In this document: positions 228,021-242,555 of the stretch, one piece after another
How positions within the stretch are numbered: position 1 is the first letter of the stretch
Layout: the number at the start of each line of letters is the position of its first letter
Assembly (NCBI RefSeq): GCF_000400465.1
Contig: NW_008806277.1
Coordinates: 20,001 to 268,000 of the forward strand
DNA: 248,000 nt
Direction of reading: 5' to 3'
Source of the DNA: Wallemia ichthyophaga EXF-994
Lineage: Eukaryota; Fungi; Basidiomycota
Notes under the pieces: generated by a model
Database searches by the model: none
Told to the model about the DNA's origin: nothing
Seen by the model: only the letters and a program-made list of their open reading frames with translations
Program-made: the position numbers and the translations under genes

Positions 228021-229521
228021 ACTGTACTTTTCTTTTGAATATAATGACTTGTTCATTTCTTAGATCCCTAACTGCGGTGATTAGTCTGATACAGATTTCA
228101 ATTTAGTTAATGAAAACAATTTGACAATAGCCCTTATCTTCTCGCTCAGACCCTTTTTGAGAGATAACAAAGGAAACGTAGCAGTAAACAAACCTTTATT
228201 ATTAAAATTTACAGCCCTATCCACCTGTAGAACTCAAATAAATATGATTAACACCCATTTCTTATGTTCGTAAAAGTTTTCATCGCTGTATCTGTCGGTA
228301 GGTGTACTGTTGGAGGTGTTTTATTGACTACAAAACACCTACTAAAGCCTCAACCGTCTTCGCTGCTCCAATTGCATGCTCTGCCTCCTTCAATTCGATC
228401 GTCCAAGGAATCGGCTAGAACCCAGACTTCTACTTCGGCTCTCAACCCTTAAGTGCGAATACTCAAGACTTACAGCTAAAAGCTGATCATATTTCTCAAG
228501 TTGCGTTTACAATCGCGCGTTTAATCACGCGTTTCACTGACAAACGACGCGACTCTGGTGATCAAACAATTGACTTGGTTCTTCAAGTAAACTAACGAGC
228601 AAATCTCTGCTCATGGTACTGAAACTTGTGGTGTTACCCAAAGATGCTTAAAAGTACTTTTCTGAAGATATTTAGGTATTTTCGACCACCTCACACTAAA
228701 ACTCAAGATTGTGGTCGGTGAAGATCTAGTTTTGCCATCCGTGTTCTAGCCAATGGATAACGAAATCGAAGCGACGATTTTTGGTGTATAGTCAGACGTT
228801 ACCAACATTCAACAAATCATAAATGGCGCTCTGAACGACCTGGGTTTTGGTGATGTTGCCAGCCCACTGGAGAAGACGCTGAACGACAAATTTCCAGGGC
228901 TTCTAAACTTAAATGGCAATAAGCTCAACAAGGTTCTTGAAGGCGTGTCCTTTGTTGGTGACCATTTGTTATCGATTGAATTGTGGATAGTCGGGATGAC
229001 TGGGGCAAAATCAGTCACGCTAATGTAATTAATTGAATGACATGTAACGATAACCGCCAATTTACTTGGCAAATTGTGACACTTGATCAGCACCGATGGT
229101 CGTGTCTAGGTACGAGGCCTGACATTTTGAGGATTGCACGTCGATCAAGTTGAAGATAATGGAAGGCAATGACTGATAGCTGCAGTCTATGCTTATTTTT
229201 ATTAGCCTGCAGATAAAAGTGGAGGTCTGTCATAGTCTCAGGCGTGTGGGTGTCATTAAGGGATGTCCGCGGGTGCTTTCAGGGAGCAGTATAAATGAAA
229301 AGCGGCTAAATGTGTCAAAGAAAAGACTTTAGCTTCTTAAAATTCTCTGTAAAACCTATGGACGATGTTGAGCAAAGCCACACTCAGCCAAAAGAAGGAA
229401 TGTGGATGAGATTTAATATGTGTGCCAATCGAATCAAATGTATAATCACTCACAATACATCTCCACCCTTACTGCTCTTTATCGTAATTTCCCGACTTCG
229501 TCTTCTCGCCCGTTCATCACT

Positions 229522-230331
229522 ATGATAAAGAACTTGCGCTGCTTTGGTACATCTTGCAGGACGCAGGCTGTGCTTGGTCCGAAAGGAGCGCAAAATCAAG
229601 TTTATCGCTGGGAGAGCTCCAAGCCAGACGATAGCGCAACTCCAAAGCTTGAGATTGAGAGTAAGCGGAGATGGCTGGCATATATGCGCATGGAAGAGTT
229701 TGAGCTGCCAAAGCTAGAGAGTGCGTTGTTTCATGTTATAGAATACCTCTGACATGCATTAGAATACAAAAAGGAATTCGTACCGCCAGCCGACGACCAA
229801 GTTGTAAAGGTGAGGACACTCGAATATCTCAATCAAAAGCCACACCCAGCATCCGTGAAATCTGTCATTTCCGTTAAAATCAAAGATCTTCCTCTCACGG
229901 ATGGATCGTGTAAGCACAAGGCTAAACTTCTCGCAGGCCCTCGCTGGTCAGGGCCACAATCAAGCATATTAAATGGCAAACTTATAGAAGATATTGACGG
230001 TGAGGTTAAGATAAGCTCAGAAAATTTCCCACATAGGGCACAGAATGTCAGATGGTGCTCTGACAAGCTGCAGTTACTGATAAAGGAGTCAAACGTGAGC
230101 AGCCAGTTCGAAGGCGTCCACTCGCTAACAAGACTTTTACAGGATAAAAGCTACAACTTTGATGACATTCCTTTAGATACTCGTCACGTTATTCGCAGAA
230201 TCCGCAAGTCAAGGCGTGGTGGACATAAGATGGAGAACTTGGCAGGTGCGCAGCAGGGGCGTAGGCCGACAAAGTATGATATGCCGGAGGAGTGGATTGA
230301 AGAGGCCAAATTAGCGTTATCACAAAAGTGA
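229522..230331 (+). CDS. RSM24: Mitoribosomal protein mS35/Rsm24
   Basis: KAKLLAGPR, VKISSENFP, IPLDTRH. Confidence 0.75.
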
Positions 230332-230592
230332 TGTCGTAGAGAATGTGATATGTTTTTACCAAAAAAAAAGATCACGAGAAAGAGAGCTGTGTTAATGATC
230401 ATATCTATACTGGTATTCCTATAATGAAGAGTTCCTAAAACATTTAATGTGTATGCATGTCCGAAAATGTCTCCAAGGTGACATTTCTGTCTTTGAATGC
230501 TTTGAAGATGGGGATTGAGTATGGAATGCAGATTCCGATCTTTATTCAATTTAAAGAATTGTAAGTAGCAGTGCTCTTAAACAACAATTACA

Positions 230593-231598
230593 ATGACCAA
230601 CATGATTCTCTCACCTCCAGCAACGCCTATGTTCACCGAGATGAAGGACACTCCAGAGAACTTGTCTTCGTTTGTGCAGACATTCGTTGCATCAACGTTC
230701 CCTCCATCCAAGAAGCAGATGCAGACAAACATATACACACCACCCGCCTCTCCAATGTCACCGCAATTCAACCAAGGTCCACACTCTGAGCTTCAAGACT
230801 TTGCATACTATATAATAACGCGTGCTGAGCTCTGCACAGAAGCAGCGCTATGCGCATTGGCTCTGTTAGCACGTCTTCGCAGAAGATTGCCTCGCGCAAG
230901 AGCTGAATCAGGTCCAAGACTCTTCCTTGCCGCTATGATTGTCGCATCCAAGGGACTCTTCGATATCGCATACAATAACCCTGGATGGTATGAAATAGCT
231001 GCAGGCTGTCCTGCTATTGAAGCAGACTTTGCCTTGGCAGACATTAACTTGAGTAAGTTAAATTTTTACAAATTGCGACTAAATTGACGAATCATTAGTG
231101 GAGCGCCAGCTGCTAGCACACTTGGATTATCGTGTTGCCGTATTTGGTGATGAAATTCTCGCTTTACGTAGAATATACACCACTGGATCAGTACAGCAAC
231201 CATTGGTGAAATCGCAATCTACCAACACGTCAATCAACAGCCTCATCACGCCACCACCATCACCGCTAGATATGCCATTCTTAGATCAATCACAGTCACA
231301 ATCGCAATCGCAGTCACAATCATTCAATGAACCAGTGCCACCACCACGCCCATACAAGTCACGCGTCAGAAATTCAATTGGAGGTACACAAGATATTCAG
231401 CAATATCAAACATTCGCTGAGCCAATGACAATTTATGCGAGAAGACCGCGTGCAGTACCACTGCCACCACTGTTGCCTGTTCAATCGAGCGCATGTTCAA
231501 TGGAGACAGGACCATTCACAGCACCTATTAATAGCCAAGCACCACAGTATCCTCAGTCATTTGAGAATACAACACGCTCACACCGTCGCTGGCTCTAA
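230593..231598 (+). CDS. Cyclin-like protein (Pcl/Clg1 type)
   Basis: LLARLRRRLP, AAMIVASK, MERQLL..LDY. Confidence 0.7.
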
Positions 231599-231791
231599 AT
231601 GAGACACGAGAACAACAACGACATTCACGGACACTCAGCTTTCTTAAATTATCAAATGACATACCCACGGCAAATACTGTAAATCAATTTTAATCGGATT
231701 CCAAAAAGTAGAATACATTCTTTTTAATAATTTCTATATAAAATAACGCTTGTGTGTTTACAATCAACTCGACGCGACGTGAACAAATGAA

Positions 231792-233213
231792 ATGTCGAAG
231801 TCGCTGCAAGATCTAGACGTTCTCTCGCATGTTCTTAAGCAGAGATTGCTAAAAGGTTGATCCCTTCTCATCGCGTTTCGGTGGCAATCGATTAACGTCA
231901 TTTGCAGCTGATCTAATTGACCCTTTTGAAGTTTTGGTTATGGACACTGGCAATTTATCAAAGAGGCTAAATATGTCTGCTTCAGAATGTCAAAAACTCA
232001 TCGACGTCGTTGCGCTTGGTGCTTTTCCTGATGTAGAGGATTGGACAAGTCGATTTAATTCGATGGACAGTTTCACGAGCGGTGACAGCGCGATAGATGA
232101 TGTACTTGGTGGTGGTATACGCGAGCAGTCTCTACTTGAGATAGTTGGAGCATCGTAAGTGGATTTGGTGTAATTGCACACACCCACTTAAATACCGTCT
232201 ACAGCTCCGTTGGCAAGTCGCAGCTAACAATGCAATCTCTCGTTACAGTTCAGCTGCCTTTCGAAGAAGGTGGTTTGGACGCACGCGCAATACTGATACA
232301 CGCAAGTAAGGCACCGCCAACAGAACGGCTGAGTACAATCGCGCGTACATATTTTCCAGAATCGCATCCGAACGATATTCTATCAAACATATCTCTTCTC
232401 CATGTGAGGGATTTTCAGTGTTTGCAGCACGCGTTAGATTTTTTCATACCGCGATTTTTGGTAGACGGAACAAAAAGCAAACCAGTCAGATTGATTGCAG
232501 TAGATTCTCTCGGAGAGCTTAGTAGGCAATTTGATTCGAATGCGCATGGACTCGCGCAGAGGAATGCATCGCTGTTGCGAGTAGTTGATAGCTGTAAGCG
232601 ACTTATACACAAGTACAGACTATCGCTCGTTGTTGTGAATGGAGTCAGTGAGGCTATACAAGAAAATCAGATAGCGACGATGAATAGCTATGGTGTTCAG
232701 TCGCGTGCTTTCTCTGGACAGTCTGTACATAGCACCAAACAAGCCCAATTGGGATTAATATGGGCACACAACGTTCAAACGCGCTTGATGCTGGTAAGGA
232801 CGCTGCGAAAAGTCCATGTGAAGGTAACGGAGTCAGAGATAAGGATGAGTTCAACAGCAAATGGCGAAGCTGAAGCACGACTACCTATGCCACCAAAGGT
232901 AGAAGAAAGTGTAATGAATATTGATAGGCGGTTCAAGAAACCTCGCAAAGATGAAACATTTGCTGTGCACAAGCGCAGAGCTCACGTCGTATACTCAACA
233001 TACCTGAGTGGAGGAAAGTGCGAGTTTTATATACTCCCAATTGGAGTAAGGTCGGTAGAAATGACAAGACCAGATAGAAGAAAAGGATCACCAGTTCCAA
233101 CATGCGCTCTCACACCGGCAATCAGTCAGTCGCATACGCAATCGATAGATGACGATGAAGCAAAGATCTGGGCATCGATATCGTTCAGTGATGGGGACGA
233201 GGAGGATCTTTAG
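231792..233213 (+). CDS. RAD57: Rad51 paralog Rad57/XRCC3
   Basis: IDDVLGGG, Walker A, IAVDS, VVVN, LGLIWA. Confidence 0.75.
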
Positions 233214-233272
233214 CATAGATTAATATAAAAATGTAAATTATTGAGCATTGTTGATAACACTCAGTCATCATC

Positions 233273-234439
233273 ATGTATAAACTGAAAAACACGCTAGCGG
233301 GGCATAAGAGGAGTGTAAATAGGGCAAGATTTAGTAACAGTGGCAAATATCTCGCGTCAGCGGGTGTGTAAAAGGTTTAAGTATCACCTACCAACCTAAT
233401 GCTCAACAAGGCGCAGATAAAACTGTGAAAGTTTGGAATATAGAGAAAGGGTTTTTACTAGAGAATTTTGAAGAACACGAGGATGGGGTGAATGACGTTT
233501 GCTGGTCATCGAATGATAGATATATCGCTAGTGGATCTGATGATAGATCAATAATACTGTGGTCGATAGAAGGCGTAAGAAACAAGGATCACGCCGTAAA
233601 AGTACTCAAAGGACACACAAATTATGTCTTGTGCGTTTGTTACAATCCACAGTGCAATCTATTAGCAAGTGGATCTTTTGACGAGACAGTGAGAATTTGG
233701 GATGTGCTGAGAGGTATGCTAACTGTTATTAACGTGTTAATTTAAATTATAAGCAGGAAAATGTTTGAGAACTATATCAGCACATTCAGATCCAGTAACA
233801 TCGATAGACTTTAGCAATGATAGCTCGTATATAGCTAGCTGCTCGATGGATGGACTGATGTAGGGGTTTGCTAGTGTCTCGTGGCATAGCTCGTGACGTG
233901 GGTAGCTAACACATTCTGTCAGACGTATATGGGATATTTGGTCAGGACAATGCTTGAAGACATTAGTCGATGAGTCAAACAAACAAGCGACATTTTTAAA
234001 ATTCTCACCCAACTCTCAATACCTCTTAAGCGCATCATTAGATCATATGGTGAAACTATGGGCATATGCTAGTAAAGAACGACCTATTCGAACATACACA
234101 GGACACGATAATAGCATTTACGCACAGTCGATTGATTTCGGCTACTTTAAGGAGAAGAGGTGTGTCATTGCTGGTTCTGAGGATGGCAAGGTGTTTGTTT
234201 GGGATTTGCAGACAAAGGAGGTTTTGCACAGTTTTACTGCACATAAAGGTGGGTGTGATATAATATAGTGATCAAGGCATTATTGACAAAGTAGACGCCG
234301 TTATTAACGTTGATTCACATTCACGATTACCACTGATATGCAGCTGCTCATTGGAAAAAGAGTGAGTGGGTATTCAACGTTAATCAAAACTAACTTGAAC
234401 CAGTCTGACAATAAAGATTTGGGAGTATGTACCAGGTGA
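233273..234439 (+). CDS. SWD3: WDR5/Swd3 WD40 protein (many introns)
   Basis: GHTNYVLCVCYNPQ, SGSFDETVRIWD, FSPNSQY. Confidence 0.8.
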
Positions 234440-234480
234440 TACTGAAATGATTGAAGATAGTAATGTACCATCGAATGAAG

Positions 234481-235807
234481 TTATGAATGATGATTGAAAT
234501 GGTATCACATTGAGAATACAATTGAGTCAAATGAAATGCAAGTTGAGCTAATCATTTCTAGGACAATCCAAAGCGAAGAGTGGGAAGGGATAGATATCTT
234601 GATCGAGTAGACCGGCATACTCACCACTAATATTGACATCGCCAGATTTATCATTGACTTTGTTAGCTAGTGATGGAGATAGATGAGCAAAATGTTGGAT
234701 GAGGGGAGGTAAAAGCTTGTTGGAAGACTTTTCGTCTAAATCTATGACAACATATAAGTAGTCTGTTGGTAAACCATATCTCAGGACAGATTCGATGTAT
234801 AATCTGAGGAATTTAATATGAGCCAGAGCTTGGAATGTTTCAGAGAAGACGACTTTTAGTAGTTGAGTGAACTTTTTGTATTGGAATTTTTCTTTATCGC
234901 GGGCGTCTTGAAGTTGTTTTGATGACTCTTGTCCTAATGAGGGGTCGAATTGAAATTCACGAACAATGAACCTGTTTTCGCGACAAGCTTGAGAGAAGTC
235001 TTGCTTATACTTGCGGAAAACAGAAACATTAACAAGGGCAAATTCACTGTCTGTCGTAATAACGCTGTGGGGGAGGGTGTAAGAAGGTGAGAGTGAATTG
235101 AAGATGGTAGAACCTACTTGGATGATCTGGGTACAACCATCTTGCCCATTCTTTCATAAGAATTAAACCAATCTTTGAGGTTATTTCTGTTATTGACGTT
235201 AGAAAGTGGATAGGCACGGCAACGCAGCAACTTGCAAAGGGACAGCAATGAATAGAGATTGTAGAAATTCAGAATCAACGACATGAGATTGAGAAATGAT
235301 ACCAGCTAAGGATTTAGTTGAGAGATTGCCTAATTGTTTACGTTCAAGTTGGTTGAGAGAGCCTTTCGCGATTTGATAGTCTTGTTGATGATTTTTAAAG
235401 TCTAAATTATGAGAGTTGACGTTGTTTACGATGGCATGAGAAATATCAAATAGATTAGAATTATTGCGTTTGTATTTATAGTTATTCCATTTGAAATCGT
235501 TTAGGTATTCCTTCGGAGGGATTTGATCAATGGATAAAGAACTTGTGACGTTTAAGCTATCGGAAGACTCCAAGTAATTTTGAAGGAAAGAAGAAATGTG
235601 ATGATCGAGTTGATCAAGCTGTTCAGACAAAGAAATGGAAGCAGCTAAAGAGCTATATTTGAATGCAGGTAACTCAATCGTATGGATTGAAGTCGAAGGG
235701 TTTTGAATAGAGTTTGATTTTATAATGGCAGCCTTTAAATTTGAAATTAAATTAAATTTGTTTTCGTTCTTGATTGGAATTGAAATTAAATAAAATAAAT
235801 CCTTCAT
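234481..235807 (-). CDS. VMA5: V-ATPase V1 subunit C
   Basis: FKWNNYKY, GNLSTKSL, DSEFL. Confidence 0.85.
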
Positions 235808-235937
235808 GGTGGTTGTGGATGTGGTGGGTGTGCATGATACAAGGTTCACAAGTACAATCAAGGGGTAATATAAAATGTAATTAATACTGCTATACGCATA
235901 CACACACACCAACTAAACTCACAGGGCTAAACTCACA

Positions 235938-236591
235938 ATGAAAAAGATTAAAAACCGCGAATCAATCCACCCAGGTTCACGTAAGGCTGAGCAAGTTACA
236001 AGGGTAAACCTGCGTTTGAATAAGCTGGATCAGAAGAAAAAGGCTTTGAATACTGATAAGAGTAACAAGATGGCTAGGTATCATTACTTGGCAAATAGAA
236101 TATCACAGCTAGAACCACAGCCTACAAGGATAAGCCTGGAAGATCTTCACAGTCTAGTTATACAATACATTGATAGAGATGATGATATTTATAATCAACT
236201 TAAATCTGATAGGGAGATTAGAGATAGTAAGTTAAAGAGATACTCAGGCAAAACAGCTAGAGAGGGTGAAATTGAATCTAGAAAGGAGAGAGAGTTATCA
236301 GAGTTTAATAGTGGATTCGTAGTACCAGATTTAACTGATAATATCACAATGGATTTGTTCAAACAATTTCCAAGTGCTCGTAAAATATCAAAGAAAACAA
236401 AGGGGAAAACTCATTCAAGTCAAGTGAACCAGGATAATTCTGATAATCAACAGCTAGATGAAGATGAATTATCAAAGCATGGATTAGATTTCAATTACCT
236501 CCCCCAGCTAAAGTTGATAAGAGTTTATTCAAATGATAATTCTAGATCTGATTTATTCCAATCTGGCCAGAATCCTATCTATAATAAATAG
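235938..236591 (+). CDS. TMA16: Translation machinery-associated protein 16
   Basis: IHPGSRKAEQ, GFVVPDLT. Confidence 0.75.
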   Translation: MKKIKNRESIHPGSRKAEQVTRVNLRLNKLDQKKKALNTDKSNKMARYHYLANRISQLEPQPTRISLEDLHSLVIQYIDRDDDIYNQLKSDREIRDSKLKRYSGKTAREGEIESRKERELSEFNSGFVVPDLTDNITMDLFKQFPSARKISKKTKGKTHSSQVNQDNSDNQQLDEDELSKHGLDFNYLPQLKLIRVYSNDNSRSDLFQSGQNPIYNK

Positions 236592-236647
236592 CTTATTTTG
236601 TATTTTAATTTTTATCCCTCTTAAACATCTTCAATCATCAAGTCAAT

Positions 236648-239115
236648 ATGCCCATCAGACAGCTTGAATCTTTCATAAATGAAAAGAAATTAAGTAAATC
236701 CACTTCGCTTTCTTCTTTAAGGGATACAAGATTAGGCATTGAAATGCAAACTTATTTGAATAGGCTGTTTGTAGATCCAAATTCAAAGGAACCTTTAGTC
236801 GCTGCTATGGGTGGTCATCCACTCGCTTTAATGGCTCACATCGAATCCGATCTAAGACTCCTCGAAAAATGGCACATCAAACCAATTTTCATCTTTAACG
236901 GTTTACAGCCTTCCAGAAAAATGAGATCTGGTTATACCGACTCTAGATCAACAATACGCTCAAATGGTTGGTCGGCTTATGAACAAGGTAGAATCGATGA
237001 CTCAATAAATAGCTTCGGTCAAAGGCAAAACATATTTCAACCCGATCTATTACGCCTTATTCATAAACTATTCAGACAACGTCACGTTGACTTTATCACT
237101 GCCCCTTACGTTTCTTGGCCTCAATCTGTATACCTCCTTACTCACCCAAATTCTTACATTCACGCTATTTTTGGTGCAACTGAACACCTCCTTTACCCAC
237201 AAACTGATAAATTAATTACCTCCATCGATTTGAAGAGAGGTTTCTTCAATTGGATTTCAAAGAAATCCTTATTAAACGAGTTAAGATTATCCGATGATCA
237301 ATTCTTTGACGTTGGTTTACTAGCTGGCATTGATATTTGCCCCACTTTCCCTCCTGCAAATCAGCAATTCGATTTCAAGCAAATCGTTGAAACTGTCAGG
237401 CAAGCAAAATCCGGTTGGGTCGCTGTACAAAACTTTATTCAATCTCAACAATCAAATGGTCACGAATCTTCCTATTACGTTGATTCCTATCAAAAAGCTG
237501 TCATCATCTTGAACTTTTCCTTCGTCTTATCAGCTGAGGAAGGTCGCGTTTTACCTTTACCTTTGGCAATTCCCCCTCCATCTCCACAACCTGCTCTCTC
237601 TTCTGCTGATATTCCTTCCGATTTAGCTGACGTTTTCTCACCTCGTCTACCTGATGAGGTTTACTTTCATTTGTGTAGAGGTTTGATCGGTCCTTGGCCT
237701 ATTAACACTCTCGCACAAGGTGGCTTCCAAGAAATGCCTCCATTATGCAATGGCGAGACTCAGGAATACAAAAGCTTCGTTAAGGATTACATTACAGAGT
237801 CTAACTTTGGTCCAAGAGCTGTTGCTATTGCTTTGATTGCTTCTGCTTTACATCCATTTTGGCGTAACAGACAGGTTCATGCTCACTATTACTTCCATAA
237901 CCACTCCACACTCGTACCACACAACTCTTCAACAACTACCGATCTTATAAAGAGAATTGAACATTGGAATGTTCCTTCTCGTGTCATTGAGGATGAATTG
238001 AGGAGACAGAATTCTTCAACTATCGATTTTGCCCTTTGTCTTGGTGCTACAAGTGGTGACAAATTTGCTGAAAGAACTATAACAATCAAGCCATCAAATG
238101 GTCCTGTTTTACATAAGAAGGATGAAATTGTTGCAAATACCATATGGCGGTTTTTGGAATTAAGATCGTACGTATGCACGCTGTTCTAATAGCTAACAAC
238201 CTAACCCGAATGATAGCTTCCTCACACCTCAACACACTCACACACCCTTCGGACGTGCGATGCATAATGCACTCACAGTGTCAAGACTTAATGACAAGTT
238301 CCAAGAGCCACTTGTACTTCTTGTCGAGCTTTTGCGTGCTCGTGTTCTCCATGATCGTCACTTTTCAAATATACAATTCTCAGGTGGTCCATCACTTGGT
238401 AGTGAAGATGATAAGAGAAGTATGCTGTTGATATACCGTACACTCTCCATTGTTCCACTTCATTTCAAAGTCAGTTGAGTGTTAAGTGCGAGTACACACC
238501 CATCTAATACCCTCAATCAGGCAGAGCATTGGTCAGGACCATTATCTAGGGAGCTGCTCGTCTTCAACTCTTTCCACAAGTCACTTTCAAGGTCTTTAAG
238601 AACGCTCGTCGAATCTATCACCATCAACGCCTTCCTCAAGAACAACGCAAAGAGAGCACGTGAAGATTATCTTGATATTGCGCTCTCATTACCATTCCAA
238701 AATGATACCAACACTGGATTTGGTATATTTATTAAGGTGAGTTTGGCTTGGATGTTTTAGTGGAGTGTTATTGACTAAGAATCACAGATTTACTTAGATG
238801 CATTGACAACATTCGCAGAAGGCAGCATTACAGAAGAAAACAAAGACAGTGACTTTGTAAATGAAGCCAAACAGTCAGCTATTGAGGTTTTGGGTGACGC
238901 CATACCCAACGTGAAGAACCCAGAGTCAGAACTTATGCGAGGATTTAGATTTTGGGATGCTGTAGGTGCTTAGATGCTTGCACAACTAACCAACTGACAA
239001 AAAACAGGTTCTTGTTTGTGTGCGCACTCTCAAAGCAGACAAAGCGATTGATATAAAACTGGCTGAATCATTCGAAGGAGCCAACAGCTACCTTGACATG
239101 ATGAGACCAAATTGA
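236648..239115 (+). CDS. MKT1: XPG-like Mkt1
   Basis: EPLVAAMGG.P, TAPY, PRLPDEVYF. Confidence 0.82.
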
Positions 239116-239180
239116 TCAACCAGTTTTATGCAGTTTATACATATGATTGAAATGAAATGAAATTTATTGTGAAAATGTCT

Positions 239181-239550
239181 CTAATTTTCTTTTGATTTGG
239201 CTTCAAGGAACTTTTCAAGGTCAAATGATGGATTCTCAGGGTCAGTGATTACTGTTGAGCTTTAGTGTGTAAATCACATAACTAGGGCAGATTACTCACA
239301 TCCATTGCTACTCTTTGATGGCTTCTTCTCGATCCAAGCTTTACGTGCCTTCTCAATGACTTGTTGGTGGTGCTTCTCAGCCAAGTGCTCCTCCTCTTGT
239401 GCTTGAATCTTATGCACAGAACGCAGGTGTACTGCACCGTATACAACACCCGTGGCAAGTGCTGTCCAGCGAACAACCTAGTAGCGAATTAATGAGCTAA
239501 ATCAACCAAACTAAAACCACAGCGCCCACGTTTTGTGTAACCGATGCCAT
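239181..239550 (-). CDS. TIM11: ATP synthase subunit e
   Basis: Spliced MASVTQNVVRWTALATGVVYG..DLEKF. Confidence 0.8.
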
Positions 239551-239685
239551 CGTCGTTGATCGTTTGAGTTTAAGTGAGTCGATTTAAACGTTGACGCCGG
239601 GAAACTTTTTTCAATCTTGATAAATGCATAAAGAGTAATTAAAATGAGTTTAAAAAATAATTTAAATTAAAAGTTAGTACTCTCT

Positions 239686-240929
239686 CTAAACATGACGGCT
239701 TTGAAACTGTGTGGTGGGGTTAGTTGGCGTGAGCTGGTTTCTAGAATATACAGCGCAAGACTCACAATTCGTAAGATAACCAACATAAAGCATTCGATGG
239801 CATATGGGTGAGCATACGTGGTGCCCACCCTCTAAAGAATCCCTTGGCACCATTGCGCTCATACACAATCGACCATGCCTCCATTATACCAGATGCATTT
239901 CTTACGCGCATATCTTCAACTGGTGCATTACCACGTGTCTGAAGCACTGTCTTGGCTACGTCTAGTGGCGTTGTGAGGAGTGCTGCAACGGCTCCGGCTG
240001 CTGCACCCGACACACCGTGCGATACTGGTGAGTAGTTGTTCTGTGGATTGAGTATCTTTTTTGTGGATTCATAGGTGGAGAACTGCACGGCTGTGAACGG
240101 AACAGTCATCATGCTATGGGTGGGGGATGAATATAGGATTGTCTCAGCACTCCATACTCACAGTGTCGTTGGATATGAGACGTAGAAAGCCGAGAGTCCT
240201 TCTGTCTTGAGAAGTGTTCTAGCACACGAGCGCACTGTTTTAAATTTCGAGTCCTCGACCTGCATTCTCTGCTTAATCACTGTGATGCGGTGTTAAAAAA
240301 ATAGTGTAACTAGACTGACGCACCATCGAATGGGTTCATCAAAGCATCAGCAGCTATCGTCGCCGAAGCACCGGCCAACGCTATAAACAACGCTCGTCAG
240401 CACTGGAAAACGTTCGCGCTGTGTACCTTACCGGTAGGCAGCACCTGGTGACCCTCTCTGTTGCCTCCCGACAGATCCTTCATAGCCTCGTAAACGCCGA
240501 AATAAACAGCGTGTGCTGGACCAGCGCCAATAACAACTGAACTGACACCTCTCCACAACGATCTGAGTCCTTCGGTCGAAGAAACCCTATTGAAAGCCGA
240601 ATTTACAGACGAGTAAGCGAGTGCTTTGGATGAAGTTGGTGATGTCTGTATTACTTGCATACGTGTCTGTTGAATGAATAGCATAAGCAGGATACATCGT
240701 TGGTGGATAGACTAAACGACTAACTTTGATACTGTCGACGGGATACATGAATGCATGCTCCGATATACCTGCCAACGCTCCTGCGAATGCATGTATACCC
240801 CAAGAAGCAGTCTCTGGCAATGCTTCGTAATCAGGCTCTTCAACGACGGGAGCGGCTTCCTGAGGCTGTCAAATTTGTTATTCTGTGATGCTTTTGGTGG
240901 TGCTCTATGCTAACATTGGCAATTGACAT
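239686..240929 (-). CDS. MRS4: Mitochondrial iron carrier (mitoferrin)
   Basis: DYEALP, EHAFMYPVDSIK, GAGPAHAVYF; MRS3/4 family. Confidence 0.88.
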
Positions 240930-241340
240930 TTCTTCCCGCTTATTTGCTTGTCTTTGTACGACCTGCGAAGACAAGATGTCGTTGGGCGCGGTTGAGTTGA
241001 TGGATGATCAAAGATCAATTTTAAATTTCGTGGCGGCGTCGTTGTGCACTTTATGTATTGGCAATGTGTCGTTTTACTGTAACGCCCTTCACAGCTTCGT
241101 GCGCGGTGAATGCTGGAATCACTCAGTGAACGCCAACGTCACGATGACGCAGGTGTTGCGTTGATCAGAAATGAATGGCTGGAAATATGCGCAGGTACTG
241201 GGAAAGACTAAGAGTCACTCAAAGCCACAGCTATCGCTCTGTATGCGTCCCAGGCGACACTTGCTCACAAAACGCGGACGGCGTACAGCCAGTCTGTCTT
241301 GTAGGTGTAAATGTGGATAACACCTCTTGAACCCCTTCAA

Positions 241341-242555
241341 TCATGGTCCTCGCTGCAATCGTCCAGTTCTGTGCACGTCACAACGTGAAAGACAACACAT
241401 TGCGCTGCGTGGATGCGATAAAATGTGCTGCCGGTAAAGGTGCCAAAGTGGGTTGTTTGCGTCGAAATACACGTGACGCTCATTCCGCAGGCAATCTTTC
241501 TGCCTGAAGCCAGCGATTTTATTGGCCAAGGTGACGCCTACAACAGGCTGTCTGAGCCATTAGAGAGTGGCTACTTCATGAGTGCAGTCAGAGACGCCGC
241601 GAAAGCGTCAGAGCTTTGGGTGTCTGTGTGTGTCCACGAAGCCGGTGGCTCGGACGGTCGCTGCTTCAACACCCAAGTACTCATCAGCGACAAAGGTTCT
241701 ATCGAATCTTCTTATAGGAAGGTGGGTCTATGTATTGATGTTGGTGTATACTCGCTGATTCCGCCAGATACACCTCTTTGACGTGAAGGATGTTGGGCCT
241801 GGCAATACGCCAGTGCTTGAAAGCGCTTCCACAGAGCCTGGTAGGCGTGTCGAGCAGCCGCGTCACACGCCATTCGGGAGAAGTGTGTATGTTCTTTGCG
241901 GCTGGCAACACTGACAAGTATGCATGCAGCCGGCATGCTCACCTGCTATGATCTGAGGTGGGCGACGTTTTGATAAAGCAACGAGACGATTAAACCAGTG
242001 GCAGATTCCCAGAGGTCAGCTTGATGCTGAGGGAGAAGGGTGCCGACGTCATCACATACCCCAGCAGCTTCGCAGTGAAGACGGTAAGTAGACGTTTTGC
242101 GCTGTTCAGGAACTGGAGCTACGACTTCAAATACTGATCCAAGATAGGGCAGGGCGCACTGGGGTATGTAAAGCACTCTCAACTCTGACACACTCACCGA
242201 TACGTGCAGAAACACTTCTCAGAGCCAGAGCTATCGAGACACAATGCTATGTGATAGCAGCAGCACAGGCGTGAGTTTGATCTTGCACTAAAACACCCTC
242301 TAATGATGCAGTGGCGTGCACACCCACGCCGGTAGAACATCCTATGGTAGATCCATGGTTGTTAATCCCTGGGGTGGGATTGTTACGCAGCTGGGCGCTT
242401 GCAATACAGATCCCAAGCCATACGATGATACCCAACCTCTTCCTGACACACCTACTGAAATCGCTTACTTTGACATCGATCTAGAGGAAATACAGAAAGT
242501 ACGCGCTGCAATGCCACTCCAGCAACAGCGTAGACATGACATTTATGCTGCTTGA
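241341..242555 (+). CDS. Nitrilase-family amidase (Nit1/Nit2-like)
   Basis: FLPEASDF, YRK.HLFD, CYD, GRSMVVNPWG. Confidence 0.85.

Noticed and set aside
229089-229130. GCACCGATGGTCG.. as a tRNA 5' half
   Set aside because: No D-stem and no matching 3' half nearby; the region appears to be coding on the minus strand
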